Source: Octopus sinensis (taxonomy: Eukaryota). Taken from it: 15,862 nt of DNA. The notes under the pieces are model-generated. The model was not told the DNA's origin and ran no database searches. It saw only the letters and a program-made list of their open reading frames with translations. This document shows, in pieces, positions 1 to 10,313 of this stretch (the stretch's first letter is position 1; each line of letters begins with the position of its first letter). Location: NCBI RefSeq assembly GCF_006345805.1, contig NW_021825369.1, positions 1 through 15,862 of the forward strand. Reading direction: 5' to 3'. The translations under genes and the position numbers were made by a program.

Positions 1-43
1 TGCGGTCAGGCAATTCGTTGCTAAACCCTTAATTGCTTTAGTA

Positions 44-56
44 TTATATATATATA

Positions 57-101
<45 letters not shown>

Positions 102-114
102 GTGGGTGTGTTGT

Positions 115-154
<40 letters not shown>
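44..154. repeat. (TA)n followed by (TG)n microsatellite
   Basis: Dinucleotide runs directly visible. Confidence 0.95.
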
Positions 155-155
<1 letters not shown>

Positions 156-312
156 TTTCGGTATCCTGAAGATGGCAGGTAAGGCTATGTAAGCGCTACG
201 GAAGTACTGTAGTTTGGTTCCAGGTTCGATAATAGTATGTGTGATAATAGTCTAATGCGGGTCGTGTGTGTGCATGTATGTGTTAAATAAAATAAGTCAA
301 CAAAGCCAACGT

Positions 313-713
313 AGTTTGAAATTTTTAGGACACTTATAAAGAGAAAGGTAGTCTTACAGCTGTTTCGGGGATATGAGAGATATTACTTCATCAGTGACGA
401 TATGAGAGTGTTAAATAAAGGGAAATCTTTATTAGCTATCCAACTCCTCCCTGCCCAACTTTGAGTCTATCATAACACTTTCTACCCATTTTACACAACA
501 CTTTTCTTAGATGATGGAACTACGACTGTAACAGCCAACATATATTTTTGTTTTTATTCTCTTATTTTCCTTAATACTTCCTATATCTCTCCCTTTCCAA
601 AATAACTTCTTATATTGAATTCAACTATTTCCCTCTATTTAACTCTCTCATATCGTCCCTGAAACAGCTGTAAGACTACCTTTCTCTTTATAAATGTCCT
701 AGAACTTTCACAC
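313..713. repeat. Fold-back inverted repeat (arms ~313-426 and ~628-713, ~200-bp spacer), probably Penelope-like element derived
   Basis: The reverse complement of 628-713 aligns to 313-426 (e.g. TTATAAAGAGAAAGGTAGTCTTACAGCTGTTTC). The left arm has 26 extra nt. The arms carry a hammerhead motif. Confidence 0.85.
347..400 (-). ncRNA. Minimal type I hammerhead ribozyme-like motif (partly decayed)
   Basis: Minus strand reads GUCA-CUGAUGA-A-G(N18)C-GAAAC-AGCU-GUA-AGAC. Both core boxes are intact, stem III is the palindrome ACAGCUGU, the triplet is GUA, and stem I is GUC/GAC with an A.A first pair. Stem II pairs poorly. Confidence 0.7.
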
Positions 714-728
714 TGCCTTGGCTTTATT

Positions 729-786
729 TTATATATATATATATATATATAAATCGGATATTTACAAACAAGTTGTAAGAGGGAAA

Positions 787-866
<80 letters not shown>

Positions 867-882
867 TAATAATAATAGTAAT
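729..882. repeat. (TA)n and (AAT)n microsatellites
   Basis: Directly visible; explains the poly-N and poly-I ORFs 718..948 and 724..927. Confidence 0.95.
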
Positions 883-1094
883 AGTGAGAGAAACGAGAAA
901 GAAAAAGAAAGACATATCAATGTGCATGCAAGTCTATATTTGCAGTAAACTATAACATAAAAATAAAGATCTAACGGATATGTTCAGAGAAATAGTAATA
1001 GGTCGAGACGAAGTATAATGTAAACAAGGCCAAGTGTGTATAGTAGAATATAATGCAACAGGTTCACAAGCAGAAAAAAGCCATAGAGTTATAC

Positions 1095-1120
1095 GTATAT
1101 ATATTAATATTGAAATATAT

Positions 1121-1155
<35 letters not shown>
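1095..1155. repeat. (TA)n microsatellite
   Basis: Directly visible. Confidence 0.9.
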
Positions 1156-1196
1156 TTCCAAAGGCTTAAAGCATGTATGTTATGTATGTATGTATT

Positions 1197-1426
1197 CTCT
1201 TTCTCTTTTTACTTGTTTCAGTCATTTGACTGCGGCCATGCTGGAGCACCGCCTTAGTCGAGCAAATCGAACCCGGGGACTTATTCTTTATAAGCCCAGT
1301 ACTTATTCTATCGGTCCTTTTGCCGAACCGCTAATGACGGGGACGTAAACACACCAGCATCGGTTGTCAAGCGATGTTGGGGGGGGGGACAAAAACAGAC
1401 ACACAAACATATACCACACATACATA

Positions 1427-1492
<66 letters not shown>

Positions 1493-1662
1493 ATATATAC
1501 GACAGGCTTCTTTCAGTTTCCGTCTACCAAATCCACTCACAAGGCATTGGTCGGCCCGAGGCTATAGCAGAAGACACTTGCCCAAGTTGCAACACAGTGG
1601 GACTGAACCCGGAACCATGTGGTTCGTAAGCAAGCTTCTTACCACTCAGCCACTCCTGCGCC
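1197..1662 (-). mobile_element. tRNA-derived SINE family B (CORE-like segment, internal microsatellite), full length
   Basis: Minus strand has A-box-like TGGCTGAGTGG, B-box GGTTCAGTCCC, CORE-like CTTGGGCAAGTGTCTTC, an internal (TA)n at ~1410-1499, then a conserved 3' half. It is highly similar to 11041-11440. Confidence 0.9.
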
Positions 1663-2110
1663 TTATGTGTATACTTGTATGTTTTTTGTGTGTTTGTGCA
1701 TGAATGCATTTTATGTTTATGTCTATATGTGTTTATACTTGTATATGTATGTGTGTATGTATGTATGTACACTTCTTTGTATATGCATATTTTTCGTGTA
1801 TTTATACATTAGCATGCACGCATATACATGTGTATATCTGTGTATAAATATATGTATAGTTATATATGTTTTTATATATATATTTTCTTTGGTGTATATG
1901 TATGTATGTGTAAATTCGTATATATGTGTATATATATGTATATATGTATATGTATATATTTATATATGTGTGTGTGCATGTGTGTGTGCATATGTATATG
2001 TGTGCGTGTGTATGCATATATATGTATGTGTGTGTATATATATATGTGTATGTCTTTGTACGTGTGTTTATATATATGTGTAAATATATATATGTTTATA
2101 TATACATATG
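1663..2110. repeat. Cryptic (TA)/(TG)/(TATG) low-complexity tract
   Basis: Degenerate purine-pyrimidine alternation; produces several spurious YIC/VC-rich ORFs. Confidence 0.9.
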
Positions 2111-2300
2111 TAAATTTTAAATAATTTTCTCCTTCATACATTCGCTTTTGTTCCTATTCTTTTTTGATTGTCACCCCTACCCCGAGCTAATTTTTTAGTG
2201 AGGTAACTCTCTTGAATACACCGACAGGTCCTGTCTGTGATCATTGCTTTAATTTTGATTCAACATTTTTCCCCCCATTTTGGGGGATATTTCATTATGG

Positions 2301-2559
<259 letters not shown>

Positions 2560-3114
2560 GAAGGGAAGAGGTTGGTAGAAAGTGTATAAATTACGATGAA
2601 CCGTTGAGTCGGCCTCAAATCGCAGCAACTGATCTCTGCTCCATTTGATTGGGTTACTGTCGATGTAATCGAATTATAAGTGGCTTATATAATATATATT
2701 CTTATATTTACAACCAATAATTCAAAGAATTCCTTTGATCCTTTTAATATGCCAACCTAATACTGGTTCTTAATGTTACACAATCCGAAGACATTTACTT
2801 CAGTCATCGGAAGAGATTTTGAAGTGTATCACTTCGCTCTATCAGTTCTTCTAAACTTGTAAAGAATTATCACAAATTGCTTTTCTGTTTAAAACATCTG
2901 TTTTCCAGCCGTTAAGCTCAATTCTTCTTCTGCCTTTATTTCTCGCCTAGTTTTTAATTTTCTTTCATCATTTATCTCACTGGTTTAGACATTTCACATC
3001 ATTTATGTTGGTAATGCTCTTGAGAAAGAAGCCAACAACACAGTATCTAATTTCCGAGCGCCAATATATCTGAGGACTTGTGCCAGTGGAAGAAATCAAT
3101 ACAGCATGTTATAT

Positions 3115-3526
3115 GGTGATGGTCGTGATGGTAGTAATAACAGTGGTGGTAGTGGGGGATGATTGTGGTGGTTGTGGTGGTAGTGTTAGTAGTAGTAGTG
3201 GTGGTGGTGGTGGCTTGTCGTGGTGGTAGTGGTGGTGGTGTTGGTGGTGGTGGTGGTGGTAGTGGTGGTGGTGGTAGTGGTGGCGGTGGTGGTGGTGGTG
3301 GTGGTGGTGGTAGTAAGGTACTGGTGGCGCTGGTACAGGTGGTAGTGGTGGCGGCGGCGATCGTAGTGGTGGTATTGTTATTGTTAATGCTTTTGTTGTA
3401 CTTGTGGATTTGTTGTTGCAGTTTTTGTTACCGTCGTACGTTGTTTTTTTTTCTGTCGTTGTTGTTGCTGTTGTAGTTGCTGTTGCTGTTGTAGTTGCTG
3501 TTGCTGTTGTAGTTGCTGTTGCTGTT
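3115..3526. repeat. (GGT)n grading into (GTT)n and a GTTGTAGTTGCTGTTGCT 18-mer tandem
   Basis: Directly visible; the 18-nt unit repeats about 3 times at ~3469-3526. Confidence 0.9.
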
Positions 3527-3894
3527 GAGCGAACGGTCTTCGTCCCAGGGCTCGCAAGATGGGAGAAGTCCGAAACGTGGTCCTTTGCTATTCATAAGAC
3601 CCGCAGAAGAGAAAGCAGGTCAACCCCTGACGCCGAGAGCATCGACGGATGGATGAATGCGTATCCAGGCTCAGTGGTTGCGTAGGAAGTCGGGGAGAGG
3701 AAACAGGAAGAAAGAGTGAGAGAAAATTGGGGCGAAAGAGTAAAACAGGGATCACCACCACCCCCTGCCGGAGCCTCGTGGAGCTTTAGGTGTTTTCGCT
3801 CAATAAACACACACAACGCCCGGTCTGGGAATCGAAACCGCGATCCTCCGACCGCGAGTCCGCTGCCCTAGCCATTGGGCCATTGCGCCTCCAC
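3527..3894 (-). mobile_element. tRNA-derived SINE family C, tail type 1
   Basis: Minus strand GTGGAGGCGCAATGGCCCAATGGCTAGGGCAGCGGACTCGCGGTCGGAGGATCGCGGTTTCGATTCCC has A/B boxes and is tRNA-like. About 190 nt are shared with 14124-14420. Confidence 0.85.
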
Positions 3895-4307
3895 TTGCTA
3901 TTGTTGTTCAAACCCAAGTTAGCATTGAAAGAGTAGATCTAGCATCAAAAACATTCCAGCCGTGACCGTGCCATTTTTTTTTTTGCGGTGTAACCATGAC
4001 TACATTATCCAATACGTCTTTCCACTCCGAAGATGGTGGGCATTAGTGAGGGAGAACTGGCAGATATTTCTAGCAATTCCAACGATCACGTAGATGCTGG
4101 CTAATTGGGCTCCATCAAGAATGGATTTATGTATCCCATTTACTAAGGTGACTGTCATGATGGAACAAGCCCAACGAGCTCCGTTTGCTATGCAATTTCG
4201 TTTCCCAATTGATCGCCATATGAAATCCACTTTGGCCTCTATTTCTTCAGAATGGGAATGAATATCACAACTTCTCTTGAGTCTCCCCTACAATATTTAA
4301 TTTACCT

Positions 4308-4540
4308 GGGGCAGCGAGCTGGTAAAATCGTTAGCACGCCGGGTGAAGTGCTTAACGGTATTTCGTCTGCCGTTACGTTCTGAGTTCAAATTCCACCGAG
4401 GTCGACTTTGCCTTTCATCCTTTCGGGGTCGATTAATTAAGTACCAGTTACGCACTGGGGTCGATGTAATCGACCTAATCCCTTTGTCTGTCCTTGTTTG
4501 TCCCCTCTATGTTTATCCCCCCGGTGGGCAATAAAGAAAT
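4308..4540 (+). mobile_element. tRNA-derived SINE family A, tail A, full length with 15-bp TSD
   Basis: Head GCGAGCTGG..GAGTTCAAATTCC; central CCTTTCATCCTTTCGGGGTCGAT domain; TSD CAATATTTAATTTAC at 4291-4305 and 4541-4555. Confidence 0.95.
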
Positions 4541-5930
4541 CAATATTTAATTTACTTCACATATCTGCAACAGAAACAGTTCCATGTTAATTTAAATTAG
4601 AAATATCCATCTTTAGAATGGAGAACATCCATGCTAAAGAAAGTAGTTTCTCTCAAGACAATTAACCAATGGAACATTTGTAAACTATACACAAACCCAT
4701 GGCCTTAAAGTGTAAACCACACTTCCTTACAGGATATATTTATTGCTAGGCAGACTCGACAATTGACAGATAACTTTGTTAATAAAGTAGTTCAGTGCTC
4801 GTATTAGTATTTGAACTGTTAGTCCTTAGGTTGCTAGATCGACATTCTATCAACACAGTAAGTGAAGATTATCCTCCACCTCCTGTACTTTATCTGACCT
4901 AATTCTTTCAACATTTCCTTTCCTAAATATCTTAGGCTTGCTTAGAGAATTTTTACACTATAACTTATTGCTTTAATAATTGCTATCAGATTAGAGTTGT
5001 TAACAAATTTATTAAGATAACACGATAATCAACAGGTTTGTTTGGAGAGGGTCCCCCTTCTCTGGGTTTTCATGAGGATAAAGTTTTCGTTTGATGTGAT
5101 ATCACGCCGAGAAAGTGATACTCGTATCAGCTTTAAATTATATTTCACAAAAAGATTTCTATCATGGAATGAAACAGCTATATTCTGAATAAGGAAAGGC
5201 GTGGAGCTGTTCTTTCTCTCTAGTTCAAATGTGTTTAATCTGACAACTGTGCTAATGTAGATTAAATAATCTTTCCGATGATAGTTTGTTTAACATAACA
5301 GCCTTCTACGGTTTGTGAAGCAACTAAACTTCTGAGACATGTTTGCGCCAAGCTGAAAACAGTGCAGTGAATTAATGTTTCCCTAGTCAAACATAGCAAA
5401 TTATCAAGCTTTGCAATGATAAAAGTTTCAAATATGGTGGTCTTTCATTAATATTTATTGTAGTACGAATGTGGCAGTAACGACGAACAAATATTTGGCA
5501 ATAAACTTCAAAGCATATTCTTATGTTATTAAAAAATAACAGTTTTGAAAGAGAGTCGGTATCATATAGACATTGTCATCTTCATTTCAGTTTTATCTAC
5601 AAGGGCTTGATTTCTTGTTACTGTGTTCTGTAGCCTTTAGGCAAGCCCTTAACAACGAGATCTATGATAAATGGGATTCTAGCTGTGTCATTTCCAAATT
5701 TTCATCTAGTGAATGCATTTTTCCCCAGTATGTCTCCGTTTCTCCATTTTCTTCTTTTTTTAAGCCTGTAGGATGCATCTGAGGGAGATTTAGTTGTTAC
5801 TTCTCAAGTCGTTAAAATATAAAATCACTGCAACCCGAGTAGATTACTCGTAGAGTATGTCAGCAACAATTAGTTGAGTATAAAACGATCTTTGTGGTTG
5901 AAACGGAGGAAGACAAATAAAAGAAATATT

Positions 5931-6095
5931 CTTTTCTACTCTAGGCACAGGGTCCGAAATTTTGAGGGAAGGGGCCAGTCGATTAGATCGACTCCAGTAC
6001 GCAACTGGTACTAAATTTATGAACCCCGAAAGGATGAAAAGCCAAGTCGACCTGGGCAGAATTTGAGCTCAGGACGTAAAGACAGACGAAATACC
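5931..6095 (-). mobile_element. SINE family A, tail B, headless partial copy fused to the next copy
   Basis: The reverse complement matches the 7682-7894 type from GGTATTTCGTCT onward; the 5' ~50 nt are absent. Confidence 0.85.
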
Positions 6096-6328
6096 TATTT
6101 CTTTATTACCCATAAGGGGCTAAACATAGAGGGGACAAACAAGGACATACATAGGTATTAAGTCGGTTGCATCGACCTCAGTGCGTAACTGGTACTTAAT
6201 TTATCGACCTCGAAAGGATGAAAGGCAAAGTCGACCTCGGCGGAATTTGAACTCACAACGTAACGACAGACGAAATACCGCTAAGCATTTCGCCCGGCGT
6301 GCAAACGTTTCTGCCAGCTCGCCGCCTT
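6096..6328 (-). mobile_element. SINE family A, tail A, full length
   Basis: The reverse complement is nearly identical to 11816-12042 and 8412-8643. Confidence 0.95.
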
Positions 6329-6531
6329 AACTCAAAGAAATATTAGTTCAGCAGTCTCAGCGCCAAGTAGTGTTTAGGCATAAGCAAACTTCAGCTTAGT
6401 TAAAATATGTTTGTAACATATTTCAACTTCTAAAAACAAATACACTGCAGTTGCTGTGGATAAAAAATTCTCTCTTATGGTAAAAAGTGTAAAAGCACCA
6501 TATCAACCCAGTGTAGCCCCCTATCGGATTT

Positions 6532-6572
6532 CCAGACGCAGCGTTTCTAGCTCCTTAGCCGTTATCAATGGT
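6532..6572 (-). ncRNA. Minimal type I hammerhead ribozyme-like motif, U3:A8 core variant
   Basis: Minus strand reads CCA-UUGAUAA-C-GGCU-AAGG-AGCU-A-GAAAC-GCUGC-GUC-UGG. Stem I is CCA/UGG, stem II is GGCU/AGCU, stem III is ACG/CGU, and the triplet is GUC. Confidence 0.65.
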
Positions 6573-7378
6573 CGGAAGAAATTCAGTAGTATCAGTGCCA
6601 AGTAATGTTTCGGCATCAAAACGTTAAATATTTGCTGCTTTCTTATTTTTTACTCCAATTGTGTGCGTGTGTGTTTGTGTGTGTGTCTCTTCTTATATAA
6701 TCCTTTTTAATAATTTTCCTATCTCCTTATAAAACCCTTATAGTTCATTTTGAACAATAAAATTTCCTAATTAATCTTTATCAACATTTCCGGGCTACGA
6801 CAGCATGTGAAATTGTGCTGGCTTCCCTACTGCATTTTCTGCTGGCCTATGTTTATACAACAACTTATATTTACATAGACTTTCCCACCAGAATTTGACC
6901 GTTAGAGTTTTACGTCATTAAATTTGCATTTTTAACGTATGTTGAACGTTGTTGTCTTTTATTCATTAATTTTCTTTTTAATGTTGAAAACAAGCTTTAT
7001 TTGTCTTTACTGAATCCTAATTTAATTACGAAGAAACAAAGAACCAAAAAAAAAAGTCAGGGAATTAAGCAGCAGATAATGGAGGGGTTGGGCAATGGGT
7101 CACACACCCCAGAACAAATGGCGTACTTAGGCGCGCTCCGCCGTCATGACTGTGATGGCATTGTCGTGGATATGGCCATATGCACTCGCTGCAGTCGCAA
7201 CCGCTCAACCTTGCGGCGCTCATTTCTCAGACGGGCCTTCTCGAGTGGCTCTTGCGAAAGAGCTTGCATGAAAGACGCAATTAAATGGATTGGGGACAAT
7301 CATCTTTCTCTTCGGCCAAACTCTCATTAACTTCTTCAGGTTACACACAGAAAGGAAATTAGGAGTTGAAAGGGAAGA

Positions 7379-7566
7379 GCTTAGCGGTATTTCGCCCGTC
7401 CTCATGTTCTGAGTTCAAATTCCGCCGAAATCGACTTTCCCTTTCATCGTTTTGAGGTCGACAAATTAAGTAACAATGAAACACTGGGGCCGATGTAATT
7501 GACTAGTCTCCTTCCCTAAAATTTCTGACCTTGTGCCTTTAGTAGAAAGGATTATTATTATTATTA

Positions 7567-7611
<45 letters not shown>

Positions 7612-7613
7612 CA

Positions 7614-7656
<43 letters not shown>

Positions 7657-7681
7657 CATTATTATTATTATTATTATTATT
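7379..7681 (+). mobile_element. SINE family A, tail B, 5'-truncated, ending in a long (ATT)n
   Basis: GCTTAGCGGTATTTCG...GAGTTCAAATTCCGCC...CTGACCTTGTGCCTTTAGTAGAAAGG, then (ATT)n at ~7551-7681. Confidence 0.9.
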
Positions 7682-7895
7682 CAAGGTAGCGAGCTGGCAG
7701 AATCGTTAGCGCACTGAATGAAATGCTTAGCAGTATTTCGCCCGTGGCTACGTTCTGAGTTCAAATTCCGCTGAGGTCGACTTTGCCTTTCATCCTTACG
7801 GGGTCGATGAATTAAATACCAGTGAAACGCTGGGGTCAATATAATCGACTAGTCCCTTCCCCACAAATCTGAGGCCTTGTATCTCTAGTAGAAAA

Positions 7896-7950
<55 letters not shown>
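7682..7950 (+). mobile_element. SINE family A, tail B, full length, ending in (ATT)n
   Basis: Begins directly after the (ATT)n of the previous copy; same head and core, tail B, (ATT)n at ~7896-7950. Confidence 0.92.
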
Positions 7951-8045
7951 TCTTTTACTCTAACATCCTTACCAAATATGCAATGATTGATTTTATACCA
8001 ATAAGAGATACGAAATATCAAAACAGTTCAAATATAAACATATTG

Positions 8046-8162
8046 CTTTTAAATTTTGAAACAAGACCAGACCAGTAATTTTGAGGGAAGGAGATAGTCA
8101 ATATCATTGGCTGTACTATCTTGACTGGTACTACTTTATTTTACCGACCCAAAAGGACTGGA
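8046..8162 (-). mobile_element. Old degenerate SINE family A tail-B 3' fragment
   Basis: AATTTTGAGGGAAGGAGATAGTC and CTGGTACT..ACCGACCCAAAAGGA resemble 5957-6040. Confidence 0.55.
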
Positions 8163-8411
8163 AGAAATACTGAAAACATTTCTTTCGACATGGAAACAAT
8201 TTTGCCTTAATCTGGTAAAAGGACAAAAGAATTTTACATTAATTTTGGTTAGCTGTTCATGAGCGAATCAATTCCAAAACGGTTTCAAATCATCTAAGTG
8301 TAAACAGACACAAAAGAACAGTGTAATTTGCTAAAGTAAGCAGTGGTAACACTGCAAAAACGATGAATTTTTCGACGGGTTAAAGTAGGTATGGCTAAAC
8401 GAATTATCGCA

Positions 8412-8643
8412 GGGCGGCGAGCTGGCAGAATCGTTAGCACGCCAGGCGAAATGCGTAGTCGTATTTCGTCTGCAGCTACGTTCTGAGTTCAAATTCCGCC
8501 GAGGTCGACTTTGCCTTTCATCCTTTCGGGGTCGATAAATTAAGTACCAGTTACGCACTGGGATCGATATAATCGACTTAATCCGTTTGTCTGTCCTTGT
8601 TTGTCTCCTCTATGTTTAGCCCCTTGTGGGTAATAAAGAAATA
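8412..8643 (+). mobile_element. SINE family A, tail A, full length with 11-bp TSD
   Basis: TSD GAATTATCGCA at 8401-8411 and 8649-8659; body matches the other tail-A copies. Confidence 0.95.
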
Positions 8644-8747
8644 TAAAAGAATTATCGCATTCATCCTTATGTGCAAATTTACCAAAACAGTAACTAACCA
8701 TATTCACCAACATCCATCCATAAAAATAATTTTGTTTTTGCTGTTGT

Positions 8748-8870
8748 GCGTGGCCTAGTGATTAGGGGGTTGTAGTTTCGATTCCCAAACTTGATGGTGC
8801 ATTGTGTTCTTGAATAGAACATTTCATTTCAAGTCGCTCCAGTCCAGTCAGCCGTAAACGGGATCCAGTA
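8748..8870 (+). mobile_element. Diverged tRNA-derived SINE (family D) fragment
   Basis: GCGTGGCCTAGTG..TTCGATTCCC..TTGTGTTCTTGAATAGAAC..GCTCCAGTCCAGTCAGC resembles the minus-strand element at 13790-13995. Confidence 0.5.
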
Positions 8871-9605
8871 TGGAAGTTAACCTCGCAACCGGCCAGCGTC
8901 CAGTTCAGGATAGAAGTGGCGTTATCTCAGTTACTTATGCGTCATGGAAACCGAGTTAAGCTCCGACCTTATAAGTCGTAGAGCTCATGATAAACCTAAG
9001 TAAGTCTTCTCTGGAAGAGAAATATGCTCACTTTGCTAGGATTCTGGCCAAATACCATTCATTACCTGATATATGAAAAAAAAAAAAAACCAAAAAAATG
9101 CAGCAAAATTCAAGGAATATTTTATTTGGCGAAAGTCTAGGAGAGCTGAAAATAAGCAGATGTTAAATTTGTTATTGTTTATATGAAAGAAAACGTCGTC
9201 AAATTGACTCCAGTGGAGTGGAGATGATACTGAAAATAAGCGAGGGCGGCGTTCGTTTATATTGAAAAGGAATTAACCAAAACAAAGATTAGTTTGATAT
9301 TCTATAGACAAGAGAGGACAGAGTGTGTGGTTGCGAGTGATCTTAGCCACAAACTGATAAAAATGAGCCAGTGGCGGTTGCATTTCGTTTTCTCATTACT
9401 CATCGTGTCACATCCCACTCAGAAGGAGTCAGTGAATGTCGCAGGTATTTATAGTTTTCTCCACAGCCACTTGTACATTCGGTGACATTGACGCAGCACA
9501 GATCCTGCCTCTTATAATATCCAGTTATCAATTTACCAAATAGTCTAGTATACTTAGCGTTACATCTAGTGCAGTAATACACTAACTTTTCAAACATTTT
9601 ATACG

Positions 9606-9607
<2 letters not shown>

Positions 9608-9646
<39 letters not shown>

Positions 9647-9671
9647 ATCTATCTATCTATCTATCTATCTA
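9608..9671. repeat. (CT)n(CTAT)n microsatellite
   Basis: Directly visible. Confidence 0.95.
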
Positions 9672-9776
9672 ACATTTTCTTTGTCGCTCTCTTTCTCCCA
9701 ACCCTCTCCCTTCTCCCCCCCTCTCTCTCTGTGACGTCCTTAAACAAGCGCTTGAAAAATCAACACAAAACTCAGT

Positions 9777-10030
<254 letters not shown>

Positions 10031-10175
10031 AAATAAAAACACTGCTTGTATCGGAAGTAGTGTTACAGGGAGTAATTTACGTGACAAATCGTCAAAAAAT
10101 AACTAAGATAACAGATAAAATTAGTTGTGAAGTTACTATGTTTTGTAATTGAGAAAGAAGGGATGAAAGCGAGAA

Positions 10176-10282
10176 TCTCTCGTTCTGTTTTGCCGAACCG
10201 CTAAGCTACGATAATGTAAACAAACCAGTACCGGTTGTCAAGCGATGGATGGGCCAAACACAAACACAAAGACATACACGTA

Positions 10283-10313
<31 letters not shown>

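Noticed and set aside
166-215. CTGAAGA...GAAGTACTGTA, a possible further hammerhead
   Set aside because: It needs a 3-nt deletion in GAAAC, and stems I and II do not pair convincingly.
3790-3894. tRNA-like sequences with A/B boxes (also in families A, B and D)
   Set aside because: These are SINE heads: followed by SINE bodies, multi-copy, and without a complete cloverleaf or acceptor stem.
4830-4857. Possible 28-nt micro-exon (CCTTAG|...|GTAAGT)
   Set aside because: Splice-like motifs occur by chance, and there are no supporting neighbouring exons or homology.
7551-7950. Regularly spaced repeats suggesting a CRISPR-like array
   Set aside because: These are SINE copies and trinucleotide tails in eukaryotic DNA, with no repeat-spacer structure or cas genes.
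9400-9597. Cys-rich minus ORF and the acceptor-like TTTTCTCCACAG at ~9455-9466
   Set aside because: No recognisable domain spacing and no matching donor site.
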